Made by a program: the position numbers and the translations under genes. Under the pieces are notes generated by a model that was given only the letters and a program-made list of their open reading frames with translations, was not told where the DNA came from and ran no database searches. Below, one piece after another: positions 27,163 to 37,711 of a stretch of DNA of 64,000 nt (within the stretch, counting starts at the first letter, position 1; each line of letters starts with the position of its first letter). The stretch comes from Cyanobacteria bacterium auto_48_18 (GTDB taxonomy: Bacteria; Cyanobacteriota; Vampirovibrionia; Obscuribacterales; Obscuribacteraceae): positions 224,001-288,000 of the forward strand of contig JAVHQC010000035.1 in NCBI GenBank assembly GCA_036170915.1, written 5' to 3'.

Positions 27163-29703
27163 ATGGTACCCACCAATTCAACCGACGTCGAAACCATTGT
27201 TCGTATAGAGGACGACCGCACCGGCACTTCTATTGAAACTTTAAGAAGAGCCATGGCCGACCATCTTTTCTATACCATTGGGCGCTTTCCTGAATTGGCC
27301 ACCAAACATGATTTATACATGGCCCTGTCGTACACAGTAAGAGATCGCTTGTTGCACCGCTGGATTAACACCGTCGAGACTTACTTCAAAGAAAAAGTAC
27401 GCATCGTTTGCTATTTGTCAGCTGAGTTTTTGATGGGGCCGCAGCTAGGCAATAATTTGCTCAGCATGGGTCTGGAAAAACAATTTTCTGAAGCTGCAGA
27501 ATTGTCTGGCATTTTGCTGGAAGACATGATTGATGAAGAAGAAGAGCCAGGGCTAGGTAACGGCGGTCTCGGACGCCTTGCCGCATGCTACCTCGATTCG
27601 CTGGCAACACTGAGCATTCCTGCCATAGGTTATGGTATTCGCTATGAATTCGGCATTTTCGATCAAGAAATTCATGACGGCTGGCAGGTAGAAGTAACAG
27701 ATAAATGGCTGCGTCTCGGAAACCCCTGGGAGATAGCCAGACCAGAAGCGGCTGTGGAAGTAAAGATCGGTGGGCGCATCGACATACACACTGATGCTCA
27801 GGGCAAAAATATTGTGGACTGGATACCAGAGCACATCATTAGCGGCGTACCGTACGACACTCCAGTGCCAGGATACAAAACCAATACCGCTAATACACTG
27901 CGTTTGTGGAAAGCAGAAGCTAAAGAATCTTTCGACTTCCAGGCCTTTAACGCCGGCGATTATCTGGGTGCCGTGAACGACAAAGTATTTTCAGAAAATG
28001 TCTCCAAAGTACTTTATCCCAATGATAACGTTGCTCAAGGAAAGCGCTTGCGTCTTGAACAACAATACTTCTTCGTCGCCTGTTCATTGCAAGACTGCGT
28101 GCGCATTCTAAAAGCATCAGGCAGTTCCATCGAACAATTCCACGAAAAATTTGCTTTCCAATTAAACGATACCCATCCCTCAATCGCCGTGCCTGAACTG
28201 ATGCGTATTCTTATGGATGAGCATGGTATGGAGTGGAATCAAGCCTGGACAATAACCACCAATACTTTTGCTTATACCAACCACACGCTCTTACCAGAGG
28301 CTCTAGAAAAATGGTCGGTGCCACTCTTTGCAGCGGTACTGCCACGCCACATCAATATTATCTATGAAATAAATCGACGCTTCCTTGATCAAGTTCGCAA
28401 GCTTTATCCTAATGATGAAGCCATCGTGCAAAGACTTTCTCTAATAGACGATTCGGGCACTCACTATGTGCGCATGGCCAATCTTGCCTGCGTCGGTAGC
28501 CATGCAATCAATGGTGTAGCTGCTCTACATACCGAGTTGCTTAAGCAAGATGTACTCGCCGATTTCTTCAAACTATGGCCAGAGAAATTCAGCAATAAAA
28601 CCAATGGCATTACCCCCAGACGTTTCATTGCTCTGGCAAATCCTGATTTGACTAAACTCATCACAAGCAAAATCGGCGATGGCTGGTTGCAAGACTTGAC
28701 TCTATTGAAAAATCTTGAACCATTTGCCGACGACCCTGGTTTCCTCAGAGAATGGGCTCAAGTAAAGCGTGACCAGAAAGTGCGCCTAGCAAAATATATC
28801 TTTAAACATTGCCACATAGAAGTAGATCCTGACTCGCTCTACGATGTACAGGCAAAACGGATGCATGAATACAAAAGACAGCATTTGAATGTTCTGCACA
28901 TTGTTTATCTCTACAACCAGATTAAGAAAAATCCTGATCTGAAAATTACACCGCGTACCTTCTTGTTTGCTGGTAAAGCTGCCCCTGGATATTTCAGCGC
29001 TAAATTAGTGATTAAACTAATTAACTCAGTGGCAGATGTGATCAATAACGATAAAGACGTGGCCGGACGCATCAAAGTGGCTTTCATACCAGACTTTAAC
29101 GTTACGCTAGGACAAATTTTGTATCCTGCGGCTGACTTGAGCGAACAAATTTCCACAGCCGGTAAAGAAGCATCAGGCACCGGCAACATGAAGTTTGCCT
29201 TAAACGGAGCTTTGACCATAGGCACTCTCGACGGTGCCAATATCGAAATGTTGGAAGACATCGGCGAAGAAAACTTCTTCCTGTTTGGCCTTACAGCAGC
29301 GCAAGTGCACGAACTCAAAGCCAAAGGTTACCGTCCGCAAGACTACTACGACAAAAATCCGGCCTTGCGTGAAGTAATCGAGCTAATTAAAAACGGTCAC
29401 TTCTCTCCAGACGAACCAAGCCGATTCCGCGCGATTACAGACCAATTGCTTTATCACGACGACTATTTGCTTTTCGCTGATTTCGACTCGTACGTCGCCT
29501 GTCAAGAAAGAGCTGCCCAAGCGTATTCTGAACAGAGCAATTGGACCAGAATGTCAGTATTGAACGTGGCTCGAATGGGCAAATTCTCTTCAGACCGTTC
29601 TATTCGTGAATATTGCGAAGACATCTGGCATGTAGAGCCTGTGCAAGTTGAACTGGAACACTATCAACCAGAAAATGCTCTGCTCAAAGTTTGCTTCATT
29701 TAA
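27163..29703 (+). CDS. glgP: Glycogen/maltodextrin phosphorylase
   Basis: GLGNGGLGRLAAC, LNDTHP, KRMHEYKRQ, EASGTGNMK (PLP Lys). Confidence 0.97.
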   Translation: MVPTNSTDVETIVRIEDDRTGTSIETLRRAMADHLFYTIGRFPELATKHDLYMALSYTVRDRLLHRWINTVETYFKEKVRIVCYLSAEFLMGPQLGNNLLSMGLEKQFSEAAELSGILLEDMIDEEEEPGLGNGGLGRLAACYLDSLATLSIPAIGYGIRYEFGIFDQEIHDGWQVEVTDKWLRLGNPWEIARPEAAVEVKIGGRIDIHTDAQGKNIVDWIPEHIISGVPYDTPVPGYKTNTANTLRLWKAEAKESFDFQAFNAGDYLGAVNDKVFSENVSKVLYPNDNVAQGKRLRLEQQYFFVACSLQDCVRILKASGSSIEQFHEKFAFQLNDTHPSIAVPELMRILMDEHGMEWNQAWTITTNTFAYTNHTLLPEALEKWSVPLFAAVLPRHINIIYEINRRFLDQVRKLYPNDEAIVQRLSLIDDSGTHYVRMANLACVGSHAINGVAALHTELLKQDVLADFFKLWPEKFSNKTNGITPRRFIALANPDLTKLITSKIGDGWLQDLTLLKNLEPFADDPGFLREWAQVKRDQKVRLAKYIFKHCHIEVDPDSLYDVQAKRMHEYKRQHLNVLHIVYLYNQIKKNPDLKITPRTFLFAGKAAPGYFSAKLVIKLINSVADVINNDKDVAGRIKVAFIPDFNVTLGQILYPAADLSEQISTAGKEASGTGNMKFALNGALTIGTLDGANIEMLEDIGEENFFLFGLTAAQVHELKAKGYRPQDYYDKNPALREVIELIKNGHFSPDEPSRFRAITDQLLYHDDYLLFADFDSYVACQERAAQAYSEQSNWTRMSVLNVARMGKFSSDRSIREYCEDIWHVEPVQVELEHYQPENALLKVCFI

Positions 29704-29706
29704 AAT

Positions 29707-31332
29707 ATGCCCATGCCACTGAAGTATAAAATCAATAAATCACTGGCGAAATCACTAGCACTGATCGCCATGGCTCTTTGTTTCAGTGGCGCGGCTATGG
29801 CCGTTGATTCGAGCAAGTTGGACGATACTGAGAGCAAAGTAGAACCAATTGGTATTGTCGGTTTTTCATTCAAGTATGTAGGTGAAGAATATCCTCAAGT
29901 GGGCAATCTTTTACCAGAAGGCCCGGCAGCCAAGCTCGATATAAAGACAGGTGATCAGCTCTTGGCCATCGACGGGCAAGACACCGCTTTACTCAGTATC
30001 AGCCGATCGCGCGCATTGCTCACAGGCAAGCCTGGTACACCAGTGACAATTAAGCTCAAGCGTGGCGAGAAAGTTTTTGATCAGGTGCTCGAGCGCATGC
30101 CAAGCACAGAAGTAAAAGATCAGCGTTTGCGCAATATGATTGAACATTACCGCTCAAGGCAAAACATTGAAGCAGACGCACCACTGTTGCTGTGTCAATT
30201 TTGCGAGCCTGGGCCTTCAGTGGTGGAGTTTAGTAGCGGTGAGCGAAATAAACTTCTAGCCGCCAAAGAAAAAGAAGGGCTGAGCGTCAAACACGTTGAC
30301 CTCGATGACGCTAAATCGGCAAGGCTACTTACCGCCCTGGGCCTAACTGCTAAATCACCACCGCTCTATTATTTTGCTGGCATTCTCACCGCCCAGGGAG
30401 TGCTGGAAAAGCGACCGCTGACAGCTGAAGTTCTGGCGGCCAATCTCAAACAAATTAACTGGCTGCCTGGTCAAGACAGTCTGCACAAAAGCATGATTGA
30501 GCAGTATGAAACCTTGCGCAAACAGTCGTGGCAACCAAGCGCCAATGCTGATAGCTTGAGCAACAGCCCTGAGTACAGAGGCAGGCGTGAGGCCGCAGCA
30601 CAGACTGTCAAACAATATGTCAGGCTGCATAATAGCGGCAGTGACCATGCTACAGCCATGAGAGCTATGCTGGCGCCCGAAGCTATATCATTCGGCTTAC
30701 CGCCCATGGGCAAACTTCTGTTTGAACAAAGCGATTCTGAGCCCAATGTACTGGTGGTGGGAAATAATTATGCGGTGGCGCGCACCAGACTGAGCGATCC
30801 AAAACCCCTGGATGTTTATTTTTATCTGCGTCGCGACAGCAAGTGGAAAATAACGGCATTGCGGGCTCTGGCTTGCAACGGCCCATTGGGAGCCATTGCT
30901 GATCAACTGCACAAGAAGAAAGCGTCAGGCAACCTAAATGCTGAAGAAAATCAAACTCTGCAAAACTTAGAGATTACTTTAGCCACAGACAACGACTTAA
31001 AAATCTGGTTCAAACAAAACCAGAGTGCACTTGACCAATTGGCTCAGGCTGGCTCTCAGATACCGCCGGGCACAAGCATTATCGTCAATGATCACCGCCA
31101 GCCGCACGAGGTAAGCGAGAATCTAGTGGTGAAAGAGAAGCTCAAAATGCTCCATCTTTCCAGCCTGAATAAAGTAGACGAAAAACAAATTGAAATTATT
31201 ATTGGTGGTGTTACCGACAATACCGTTGGTTTTCTCTATGCGCCCGACAATAAACCGCCACTTTTGGGTCCATCAGAATATATTTGGGTAGAGAAAGTAG
31301 CTGATAAGTGGTACCTCTTCAGGACTACCTAA
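29707..31332 (+). CDS. Exported PDZ-domain protein with an uncharacterised C-terminal domain
   Basis: Signal peptide (AMA-V); GIVGFSF...GPAAK..GDQLLAIDG..GKPGTPV PDZ; no S41 protease motif seen. Confidence 0.75.
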   Translation: MPMPLKYKINKSLAKSLALIAMALCFSGAAMAVDSSKLDDTESKVEPIGIVGFSFKYVGEEYPQVGNLLPEGPAAKLDIKTGDQLLAIDGQDTALLSISRSRALLTGKPGTPVTIKLKRGEKVFDQVLERMPSTEVKDQRLRNMIEHYRSRQNIEADAPLLLCQFCEPGPSVVEFSSGERNKLLAAKEKEGLSVKHVDLDDAKSARLLTALGLTAKSPPLYYFAGILTAQGVLEKRPLTAEVLAANLKQINWLPGQDSLHKSMIEQYETLRKQSWQPSANADSLSNSPEYRGRREAAAQTVKQYVRLHNSGSDHATAMRAMLAPEAISFGLPPMGKLLFEQSDSEPNVLVVGNNYAVARTRLSDPKPLDVYFYLRRDSKWKITALRALACNGPLGAIADQLHKKKASGNLNAEENQTLQNLEITLATDNDLKIWFKQNQSALDQLAQAGSQIPPGTSIIVNDHRQPHEVSENLVVKEKLKMLHLSSLNKVDEKQIEIIIGGVTDNTVGFLYAPDNKPPLLGPSEYIWVEKVADKWYLFRTT

Positions 31333-32263
31333 GAGGTTTATTGAGGTCAGTCAATAAGCCACTAGCCAGAATGTCTCGTCGTTTCTCTTCATAATAGGTC
31401 GATTCGTTTTGGCCTAAATATGTAAGTGCTGTTTCGTTGTATTTTTTATTGGCGGCTCTTCCTATAGCGGTATCACCAAAGATTGAGGCAACTTTTTGGT
31501 AAGCAAGCGTGGCGAGACTAAAATCAGATTTGTTGTCCACTGCAAAAGCATCAAATGGCTCCTCAGCGTTAAATGCTTTGCTGAGCGCTTTGGCATCATC
31601 TAGCGAAATTCCTGCTCTACCAAAATCATCAATTAGCTCTTCCACTTCAATGGTCTTTCCGTTAACTGCGCGCGCCTCCGCCGCACGCTCGTCGGTTAAT
31701 TTCAATTCTCTTCTAAGTTCAAATAAATCAATCAAACCATCTGTATTAGTGTCTAGTTTGTTGAAGTTATCTTGCAACCAATTAGATATCTGGGCGGCTC
31801 GTTCACCGGTATCACTAATGGTGTCAGTACTGCTGGCGCCAATCGATTTTGCAAATTTGACTACTTCCGGCAAAATTTTGGCATCGAATCGCAGCGGTGG
31901 TGCATTTCTAGGGTTTCTCGACTGGTACAGCAAGTCTTCAGCTAAATCATCACCTACATGACCTGAAATTGTTTTTTCGTCTGAATACCAATTCGGCTTT
32001 AAGTCAGCAAGCAAGTCGAAATGATTTAAGAGAAATTTCGAAGTTGTGCGCTCATTGCTCGACAGTTTTTCGTTAGCGATTGCACTGCGTAATTCACCAC
32101 GGGTTAAGCCGTCTGCTTTATTAGTGTCAAATTTGTCATAAGCGTCTTCGAAGCAATACTTAAAAGCAAGTGCTCCAGTAATTATGTCGTCGCTTGGAAC
32201 ATCAGCGCGAGAAATCGATTGGGATTTAGAGTCATATTCGAATTTAGCGTCATGTTTGGTCAT
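31325..32263 (-). CDS. Hypothetical protein with two EF-hand-like loops
   Basis: DTNKADGLTRGEL and DTNTDGLIDLFEL; ATG at 32263 with a GGAG SD. Confidence 0.7.
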   Translation of the reverse strand: MTKHDAKFEYDSKSQSISRADVPSDDIITGALAFKYCFEDAYDKFDTNKADGLTRGELRSAIANEKLSSNERTTSKFLLNHFDLLADLKPNWYSDEKTISGHVGDDLAEDLLYQSRNPRNAPPLRFDAKILPEVVKFAKSIGASSTDTISDTGERAAQISNWLQDNFNKLDTNTDGLIDLFELRRELKLTDERAAEARAVNGKTIEVEELIDDFGRAGISLDDAKALSKAFNAEEPFDAFAVDNKSDFSLATLAYQKVASIFGDTAIGRAANKKYNETALTYLGQNESTYYEEKRRDILASGLLTDLNKPLR

Positions 32264-32289
32264 TGAGAAAGCTCCACAAGTGAAGTCGA

Positions 32290-33741
32290 TTAGATTTTGC
32301 GAGGAAGTGTTGGTTTGCAATTCGAAGAGTTGTCTGGAATTACATTAAGTGGATCGAAATTGTGCCGCGCCTCTTCACTGAAAGTTCTCACTTTTCCAGT
32401 TTTAAACTCTGTCCATTTAGGTGCGATCATGACACCATTAGACGATTGGTAGTCGGTAGCTCCGCTTTCATCTGCGCGCCTAACTAACTGACCGTATTTA
32501 TTGTAGGTAACAATAGAAAATTTGTTGTATTCAGTCTGTTCGTTCTGACCGGCGAAAACCAAAGTTCCATCAGCGCGAACATAAATGTCACCATTAAATG
32601 GCTTGAGCTCTTCACCTAAAGCGGTGTGTTTCCATTTGCCTTCGGTGACTTTTTCAAATGTACCCAAGTGCTCACTTTTGACTTCAACCAGTGAGCCATT
32701 TTCGGCATACTTAAAATCAGTGCGCGGGCTGTGTTGCCAGTGCCTAACCCAGCTAATCCTTCCTTCTTCGTCGAATTTCATACCAGCTCTGTCGTCACCT
32801 GGTCGATTGACGAACAAAGTCTCGTCGCACACTTCGCCGCTCTTTTTGGAAACCACTGAACCATCTTTAGTCACTTCCATAGACAAACTTTCGCTGCCTG
32901 TGTGTTCACGGAAGCCAAGTGAGTATTTCAGTCTGACATCGTATAGCCCAGTAGACGGGTTGTATTGACCTGCTAAGCGATCGATAAAGATGGGATTACG
33001 AGTGCTGTCGATTTTAAATGCAGGCAAGGTTTTATAAGAATGGGAGTCAAATGGTTTCTTTTCTGCCGGTTCATAGTCAACATAATAAGACATCAGTTGA
33101 TTTTTTCTATTGATAGTCTCACTGCCCACAAAGCTGTGATTATTCGAGAACGCCTCTGGATATGACTCACCGTTGTCGCGCACAGTTAAGGCAACGCCTC
33201 TATAACCAAAAGAGTCTGTGTTGATCGGTGAGTTTTTAGTAACAACCTCGCGATTGGGCGAAGGACCGTGTTTCCAAAACGCATACCATGGCTTCTCTGA
33301 TTCTTGAGCTTCGCCTGGGGTCAGACCAGTCAAACCAGCAGGCCGCACCAGAGTTTTTTTCAAGTCACTATTATTGATCTCTAGTGGTCCAAGCTCGTCT
33401 TTGCTCAATTTTGCTACATCGTGATCTCGCACCGACTGAGAGCGCACAAGTCTAGCGTCGTCTCCAAGGTAGAGAACCCGTTCCGACGTCTTAACAGCAA
33501 CGGTATTGTCTTTAGTATCAAGTCCAAGAATCTCGAATTGATTATTGCGGTTGCGTTCGTTATGTTTGTAATTTACCTGATCTAAGATTGCTTTGAATTG
33601 AGCAGGAGTTTGCTCTGCTTGAATCTCTCGTAGCTCTTCGGCGAATTTATCAAAAGTCCTATGTGCAAGACTTTTATGTAATTCGCTCAGTAGCTTCTCG
33701 TCAGGAGATATTTTGGCCAAGTTCTGATCATTCGCTGCCAT
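32290..33741 (-). CDS. Hypothetical protein with C-terminal YD/RHS-like beta repeats
   Basis: 483-aa ORF; FDEEGRI, YAENGSL, YNKYGQL turns. Confidence 0.7.
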   Translation of the reverse strand: MAANDQNLAKISPDEKLLSELHKSLAHRTFDKFAEELREIQAEQTPAQFKAILDQVNYKHNERNRNNQFEILGLDTKDNTVAVKTSERVLYLGDDARLVRSQSVRDHDVAKLSKDELGPLEINNSDLKKTLVRPAGLTGLTPGEAQESEKPWYAFWKHGPSPNREVVTKNSPINTDSFGYRGVALTVRDNGESYPEAFSNNHSFVGSETINRKNQLMSYYVDYEPAEKKPFDSHSYKTLPAFKIDSTRNPIFIDRLAGQYNPSTGLYDVRLKYSLGFREHTGSESLSMEVTKDGSVVSKKSGEVCDETLFVNRPGDDRAGMKFDEEGRISWVRHWQHSPRTDFKYAENGSLVEVKSEHLGTFEKVTEGKWKHTALGEELKPFNGDIYVRADGTLVFAGQNEQTEYNKFSIVTYNKYGQLVRRADESGATDYQSSNGVMIAPKWTEFKTGKVRTFSEEARHNFDPLNVIPDNSSNCKPTLPRKI

Positions 33742-33820
33742 TACGAAAAACCTCTATCAAAATAGTAAAATCGTCGCCGAAAAAAGGCCCATCTGCATGG
33801 GTCTATTAGACCGCTTCAAT

Positions 33821-33897
33821 GTGGCGGCTACGTGGCGACTATCTGGCAGCCAAATAGCGACTAATTGACGACTAATTGACGACTACGTGGCCGATAA
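33821..33897. repeat. Seven degenerate 11-bp tandem repeats
   Basis: GTGGCGGCTAC GTGGCGACTAT CTGGCAGCCAA ATAGCGACTAA TTGACGACTAA TTGACGACTAC GTGGCCGATAA. Confidence 0.8.
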
Positions 33898-33918
33898 AAA
33901 GGCAGCCTTGGGGTTCTC

Positions 33919-35022
33919 TTATTTTGCCGGTTTAGATTTTTTCTTTGACTTTTGTTTTTTTGCTTTGTTCTTTTTGGCTTTTTGTTCCAGATCTTGTGCC
34001 AGATTAGTCAGATCAGTTTCTTTCGCCTGTGCCATCACTTCAGTCGAATGACCAGTTTCTGCAGCTTGGTCATCAGTGCTCACATTCGTCTCAGCCGCTT
34101 GCACCGGCTCATCTGGAGCCTTTGCCGGAGCACCATCTTCTAACTCAAGCATGCGTCTGGCTTTGGCCAGCTCATCAAGGTGAGCTTGATTCAATTTTGG
34201 ATAATGTAAATCAATGCCTTTTAGAGTCTCGGCAATAATGTAACTCACGGCCAGACGACAAAACGGTTTATGGTCTGCCGGAATAACATACCAGGGAGCA
34301 GCCTCTGTACTGGTATTGGCCAGGCAATCTTCGTAAGCGCTCATATACTCGTCCCAGTGGGCACGTTCGAGCACATCAGCTGAAGAAAACTTCCAGTTCT
34401 TCTCTGGGGTATCCAGCCTGGCCAAAAAGCGTTTCTTTTGCTCGGCTTTGGAAATATTGAGGAAGAACTTCAAAACAATAGTGCCGTTATCAACCAGATG
34501 TTTCTCAAAATTGTTGATTTGTTCAAAACGCCGCTTCCATATACCCTTGCCTGCCAGCGCCTTAGGCAACGCTTGCCTGGCCAATACTTGCGGATGAACG
34601 CGCGTCACTAGAACTTCTTCATAATAGGAACGATTGAAAACACCAATGCGCCCACGCTCAGGCAGCGCCTTATTGCACCTCCAGAGGAAATCATGATCAA
34701 GCTCTTCTTCTGATGGCGCCTTAAAGCTAAATACCTGACACCCTTGAGGATTTATTCCTGACATAACATGTTTGATAGTGCTGTCTTTGCCAGCAGCGTC
34801 CATGGCCTGAAAAATAATCAAAAGCGAATACTGGTTTTGAGCGTACAAAATATTCTGGTATTCAGTAAGGCGCTCAATATCGCTGGCCAGAAGTTCTTTG
34901 GCGGTTTCTTTGTCTAAGGCCGAAAGATCTAAACCGACTTTAAAATCATTGGCAAGATCGACTTTCGCTTGAGGTTTAACCAGGAAGCGCTTTCTAACTT
35001 TCTCTTTTTCTGAATCTTTCAC
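33919..35022 (-). CDS. ppk2: Polyphosphate kinase 2 family protein (class III-like)
   Basis: [11 protein letters not shown]alker A, FKAPS, HDFLWR, FNRSYYE, KNWKFS; Lys-rich C-terminal tail. Confidence 0.92.
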   Translation of the reverse strand: MKDSEKEKVRKRFLVKPQAKVDLANDFKVGLDLSALDKETAKELLASDIERLTEYQNILYAQNQYSLLIIFQAMDAAGKDSTIKHVMSGINPQGCQVFSFKAPSEEELDHDFLWRCNKALPERGRIGVFNRSYYEEVLVTRVHPQVLARQALPKALAGKGIWKRRFEQINNFEKHLVDNGTIVLKFFLNISKAEQKKRFLARLDTPEKNWKFSSADVLERAHWDEYMSAYEDCLANTSTEAAPWYVIPADHKPFCRLAVSYIIAETLKGIDLHYPKLNQAHLDELAKARRMLELEDGAPAKAPDEPVQAAETNVSTDDQAAETGHSTEVMAQAKETDLTNLAQDLEQKAKKNKAKKQKSKKKSKPAK

Positions 35023-35043
35023 AGTGTCCTGCCTTATACATAA

Positions 35044-36522
35044 TTAGAACTGGAAATAAATAAAGCGGTTGGCCTCATCAGGCATAAGCGTAATCATCAT
35101 AAATATCAGAAATGCACAATAAATCGCCTGCAGTGGTCTGGGTGTCTTAGACCAGAATGCATTCCGGCGCAAAAATTCAGACAATATGTGGGCCAGCACC
35201 AGAGCGGCAATTATAAACGGTATTAGAGGAGTAATCAGAGGCCCCTGGGTTGACAAAAATAGTGGCCGCCCGTGAGGTGCAGCATACCAGAGACGCAGCA
35301 TGCGACCAAGAATGTGCAAAGCGATGGCATTGGTGTCGGCACGGAAGAAAACGTAGCTGAGGCAAAATGCGTGGAAAGTAATAAAAATGGCAATGATTGT
35401 CCATAACTTGCTCTGCACAAATTTTTTCAGCCAGGCAATGTTCTCATAAAATCGCATCCACTCCCGATTGACTATTAGAGACAGACCTTGAAATAGACCC
35501 CACATCACATGGTGCCAGGCGGCTCCGTGCCATAGCCCGGCCAGAGCCGTAGTGATGAGCAAATTAACGTACACTCTTCCTCTTGAGCACCGCGACCCAC
35601 CAAGGCTGAAGTAGACATAATCGCGAAACCAGTTAGAGAGCGAAATGTGCTGCCGGTGCCAGAGTTCACGAATACTCGAAGCCATGTAAGGCACATTAAA
35701 ATTGGGCGGCACTTTAAGGCCCAGCATTAATGCTGAGCCTATGGCCACATCGGTATAACCTGAAAAATCGCAATAGACTTGAAAGGCAAAAGCATAAGTG
35801 GCCAACCACAAATCAAGGTTGGTGGCCGCACCAGGGGCGCCATAGATATGATTGACGTAAATGGCCAAGTTGTCAGCTAACAGCACCTTTTTCGCCAGGC
35901 CGTGTAAAACCATGACAAAGCCCTTTTCCAGGTCAGCGATGCAAAAAACACTGGGCAGCTCAAGCTGAGCAATGAAGTCTTCATAGCGTTTGATTGGCCC
36001 GGCAATTTGAGTAGGAAAGAAGGCGGCAAACACCGCAAACTTGATGGGGTCTTTAACCGCCTGACCACCTTTAAAAACTTCGACAATATAGTGGAGAAAC
36101 TCGAAAGTAAAAAACGAAATACCAAGAGGCAAAATCACATTTAAATGCCAGGCTTCGGGCAATTGCGCAGTGCCATTTCCTGTTATGGAACCGCCGGGCA
36201 ATTGCACCAGGTGAAAAAGCTCAACAATAGAACTGAAAATAAAATTGACATATTTGTAATAGCAAAGAGTGGCCAAATTGAAAACTATGGCTGCCACCAG
36301 CAGCGGTTTTCGCAACTGCACCGCCGGCGCAATCAGTAAACCAAAGACCCAATTAACGAGAGTCATGCCCACAATCAATAAAAGATAGATTGGATTCCAG
36401 GCACTGTAAAAAACATAACTGGCAACCAGCAACAGTATTGGTCGATACTTATTTGGTACTCGCCAGAAAAGCAAAACCACAACAGGCAAAAAAAGCATAT
36501 AGCTGAAGCTATTGAAGAGCAT
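35044..36522 (-). CDS. MBOAT family O-acyltransferase (AlgI/PatA/DltB type)
   Basis: LPLGISFFTF, AGPIKR, YCDFSGYTD, HISLSNW, GLWHGA (catalytic His), C-terminal FIYFQF. Confidence 0.95.
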   Translation of the reverse strand: MLFNSFSYMLFLPVVVLLFWRVPNKYRPILLLVASYVFYSAWNPIYLLLIVGMTLVNWVFGLLIAPAVQLRKPLLVAAIVFNLATLCYYKYVNFIFSSIVELFHLVQLPGGSITGNGTAQLPEAWHLNVILPLGISFFTFEFLHYIVEVFKGGQAVKDPIKFAVFAAFFPTQIAGPIKRYEDFIAQLELPSVFCIADLEKGFVMVLHGLAKKVLLADNLAIYVNHIYGAPGAATNLDLWLATYAFAFQVYCDFSGYTDVAIGSALMLGLKVPPNFNVPYMASSIRELWHRQHISLSNWFRDYVYFSLGGSRCSRGRVYVNLLITTALAGLWHGAAWHHVMWGLFQGLSLIVNREWMRFYENIAWLKKFVQSKLWTIIAIFITFHAFCLSYVFFRADTNAIALHILGRMLRLWYAAPHGRPLFLSTQGPLITPLIPFIIAALVLAHILSEFLRRNAFWSKTPRPLQAIYCAFLIFMMITLMPDEANRFIYFQF

Positions 36523-37708
36523 GCTTCTCTCCTGCCGTCAGGCTATCAAACACAGCAGGATAGCGCTCTTGAAGTTGGCCCACGATCTTATCGGCCAGCT
36601 TTTTTGCGCCGCTAAAATTCAAATGCACGCCATCTTTATAATCGCTGTCTTTAAAAGCAGCGTCACCCCAGAGGTCAATTAAATAAAAGTTGCCAGCTTT
36701 CTCACTGGCGTGGAGAAACTGCCGAAATCCATCCATCTGAGCAGCAGGCACAACTTTTGACGTATCAGGTGAAAGCGGCATGTTCACAAGCACTAGAACA
36801 ATTCCTTTGCGTCGGCAAAGTTGCACCAGCTTAGCTAAATAATGATTAGAGACTTCAGGTGCCTGTTTATACTGATTGCGATAAATCATGATTTGGAAAG
36901 TCTTGTAGTAATCGCGCAAGACTTCCGGATGGGCCTGATACATTTGCTCGGCAAATTTTTCTTGCTTGCGCGGAATCCACTGCTCGAATAAAAAGCCTTC
37001 CTTGAGCTGATGCCACTTGTGGTCAGGGCCCAGACGGGGAAAATAGAAATCTACAGGCAGGGTTTCAATGAAGTTTTTAGCCAGCACACTAAAGAAATTT
37101 TTGAAGTCTGTGCGATTGCGATAAATGTAGAAGAAATGGCTAGCGAGAAATTCGTCGGCTCCTTGTTTGGAAAATACATTTTCTCTGGCAGAAATTGGAG
37201 CCAGTGGTGCAACACTATTAAAGCTGTCTGTATGCCACTCGGCAGCCAGGGCATCTTGAATGAAATCGCGCATGGAGACGCCGTATATGATTACTTTAGG
37301 ATAGCAATCATTATTGCAAGCCGCTTCAGTGACCATATAAGCCTCTGAAACCATTTGCAGGCCTGTACTAAGATTGACGCACCTGATTTCTTTGCCGGTG
37401 ACACGATTAAAAAGGGCACCAAGATAGCTGGGATCATAGCCAGTGTAGAAGTGGCTACCATGCTCGTCTTGATTTAATACCAGCATGAGCGATGAGCCAA
37501 TTAGCGCCACTTGTGGGCAGACTTTGCGCGACACATTGATGCGGCTGACAATATCCCACGAATCAACATTGCGAATGCCGATGGCATCCATGGGGTTACC
37601 CTGACGCAACCACAATTCGCAGCCAAGCAAAACCAAAAGCGTCAAAACCGGCACAGAAGTAAATGCTCGAAAAGCTTTACTAACCGCGTTCTGAAAGCCG
37701 CTCATCAA
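36509..37708 (-). CDS. Membrane-anchored SGNH-like protein (DltD/AlgJ/DUF1574-like)
   Basis: N-terminal TM; IGSS (Ser), NMP, DGVHLN (DxxH); overlaps the MBOAT start. Confidence 0.8.
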   Translation of the reverse strand: MMSGFQNAVSKAFRAFTSVPVLTLLVLLGCELWLRQGNPMDAIGIRNVDSWDIVSRINVSRKVCPQVALIGSSLMLVLNQDEHGSHFYTGYDPSYLGALFNRVTGKEIRCVNLSTGLQMVSEAYMVTEAACNNDCYPKVIIYGVSMRDFIQDALAAEWHTDSFNSVAPLAPISARENVFSKQGADEFLASHFFYIYRNRTDFKNFFSVLAKNFIETLPVDFYFPRLGPDHKWHQLKEGFLFEQWIPRKQEKFAEQMYQAHPEVLRDYYKTFQIMIYRNQYKQAPEVSNHYLAKLVQLCRRKGIVLVLVNMPLSPDTSKVVPAAQMDGFRQFLHASEKAGNFYLIDLWGDAAFKDSDYKDGVHLNFSGAKKLADKIVGQLQERYPAVFDSLTAGEKHALQ

Positions 37709-37711
37709 TTT

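Noticed and set aside
29707..31332. PDZ protein as a CtpA/S41 protease
   Set aside because: No DLRxNxGG or TASA catalytic motifs.
32263..32320. Overlap of the 483-aa and 331-aa ORFs as a frameshift
   Set aside because: The downstream gene has its own ATG at 32263 with a GGAG SD, which removes the overlap.
33821..33897. Repeat array as a CRISPR array
   Set aside because: Units are 11 bp and contiguous, there are no unique spacers, and no cas genes are present.
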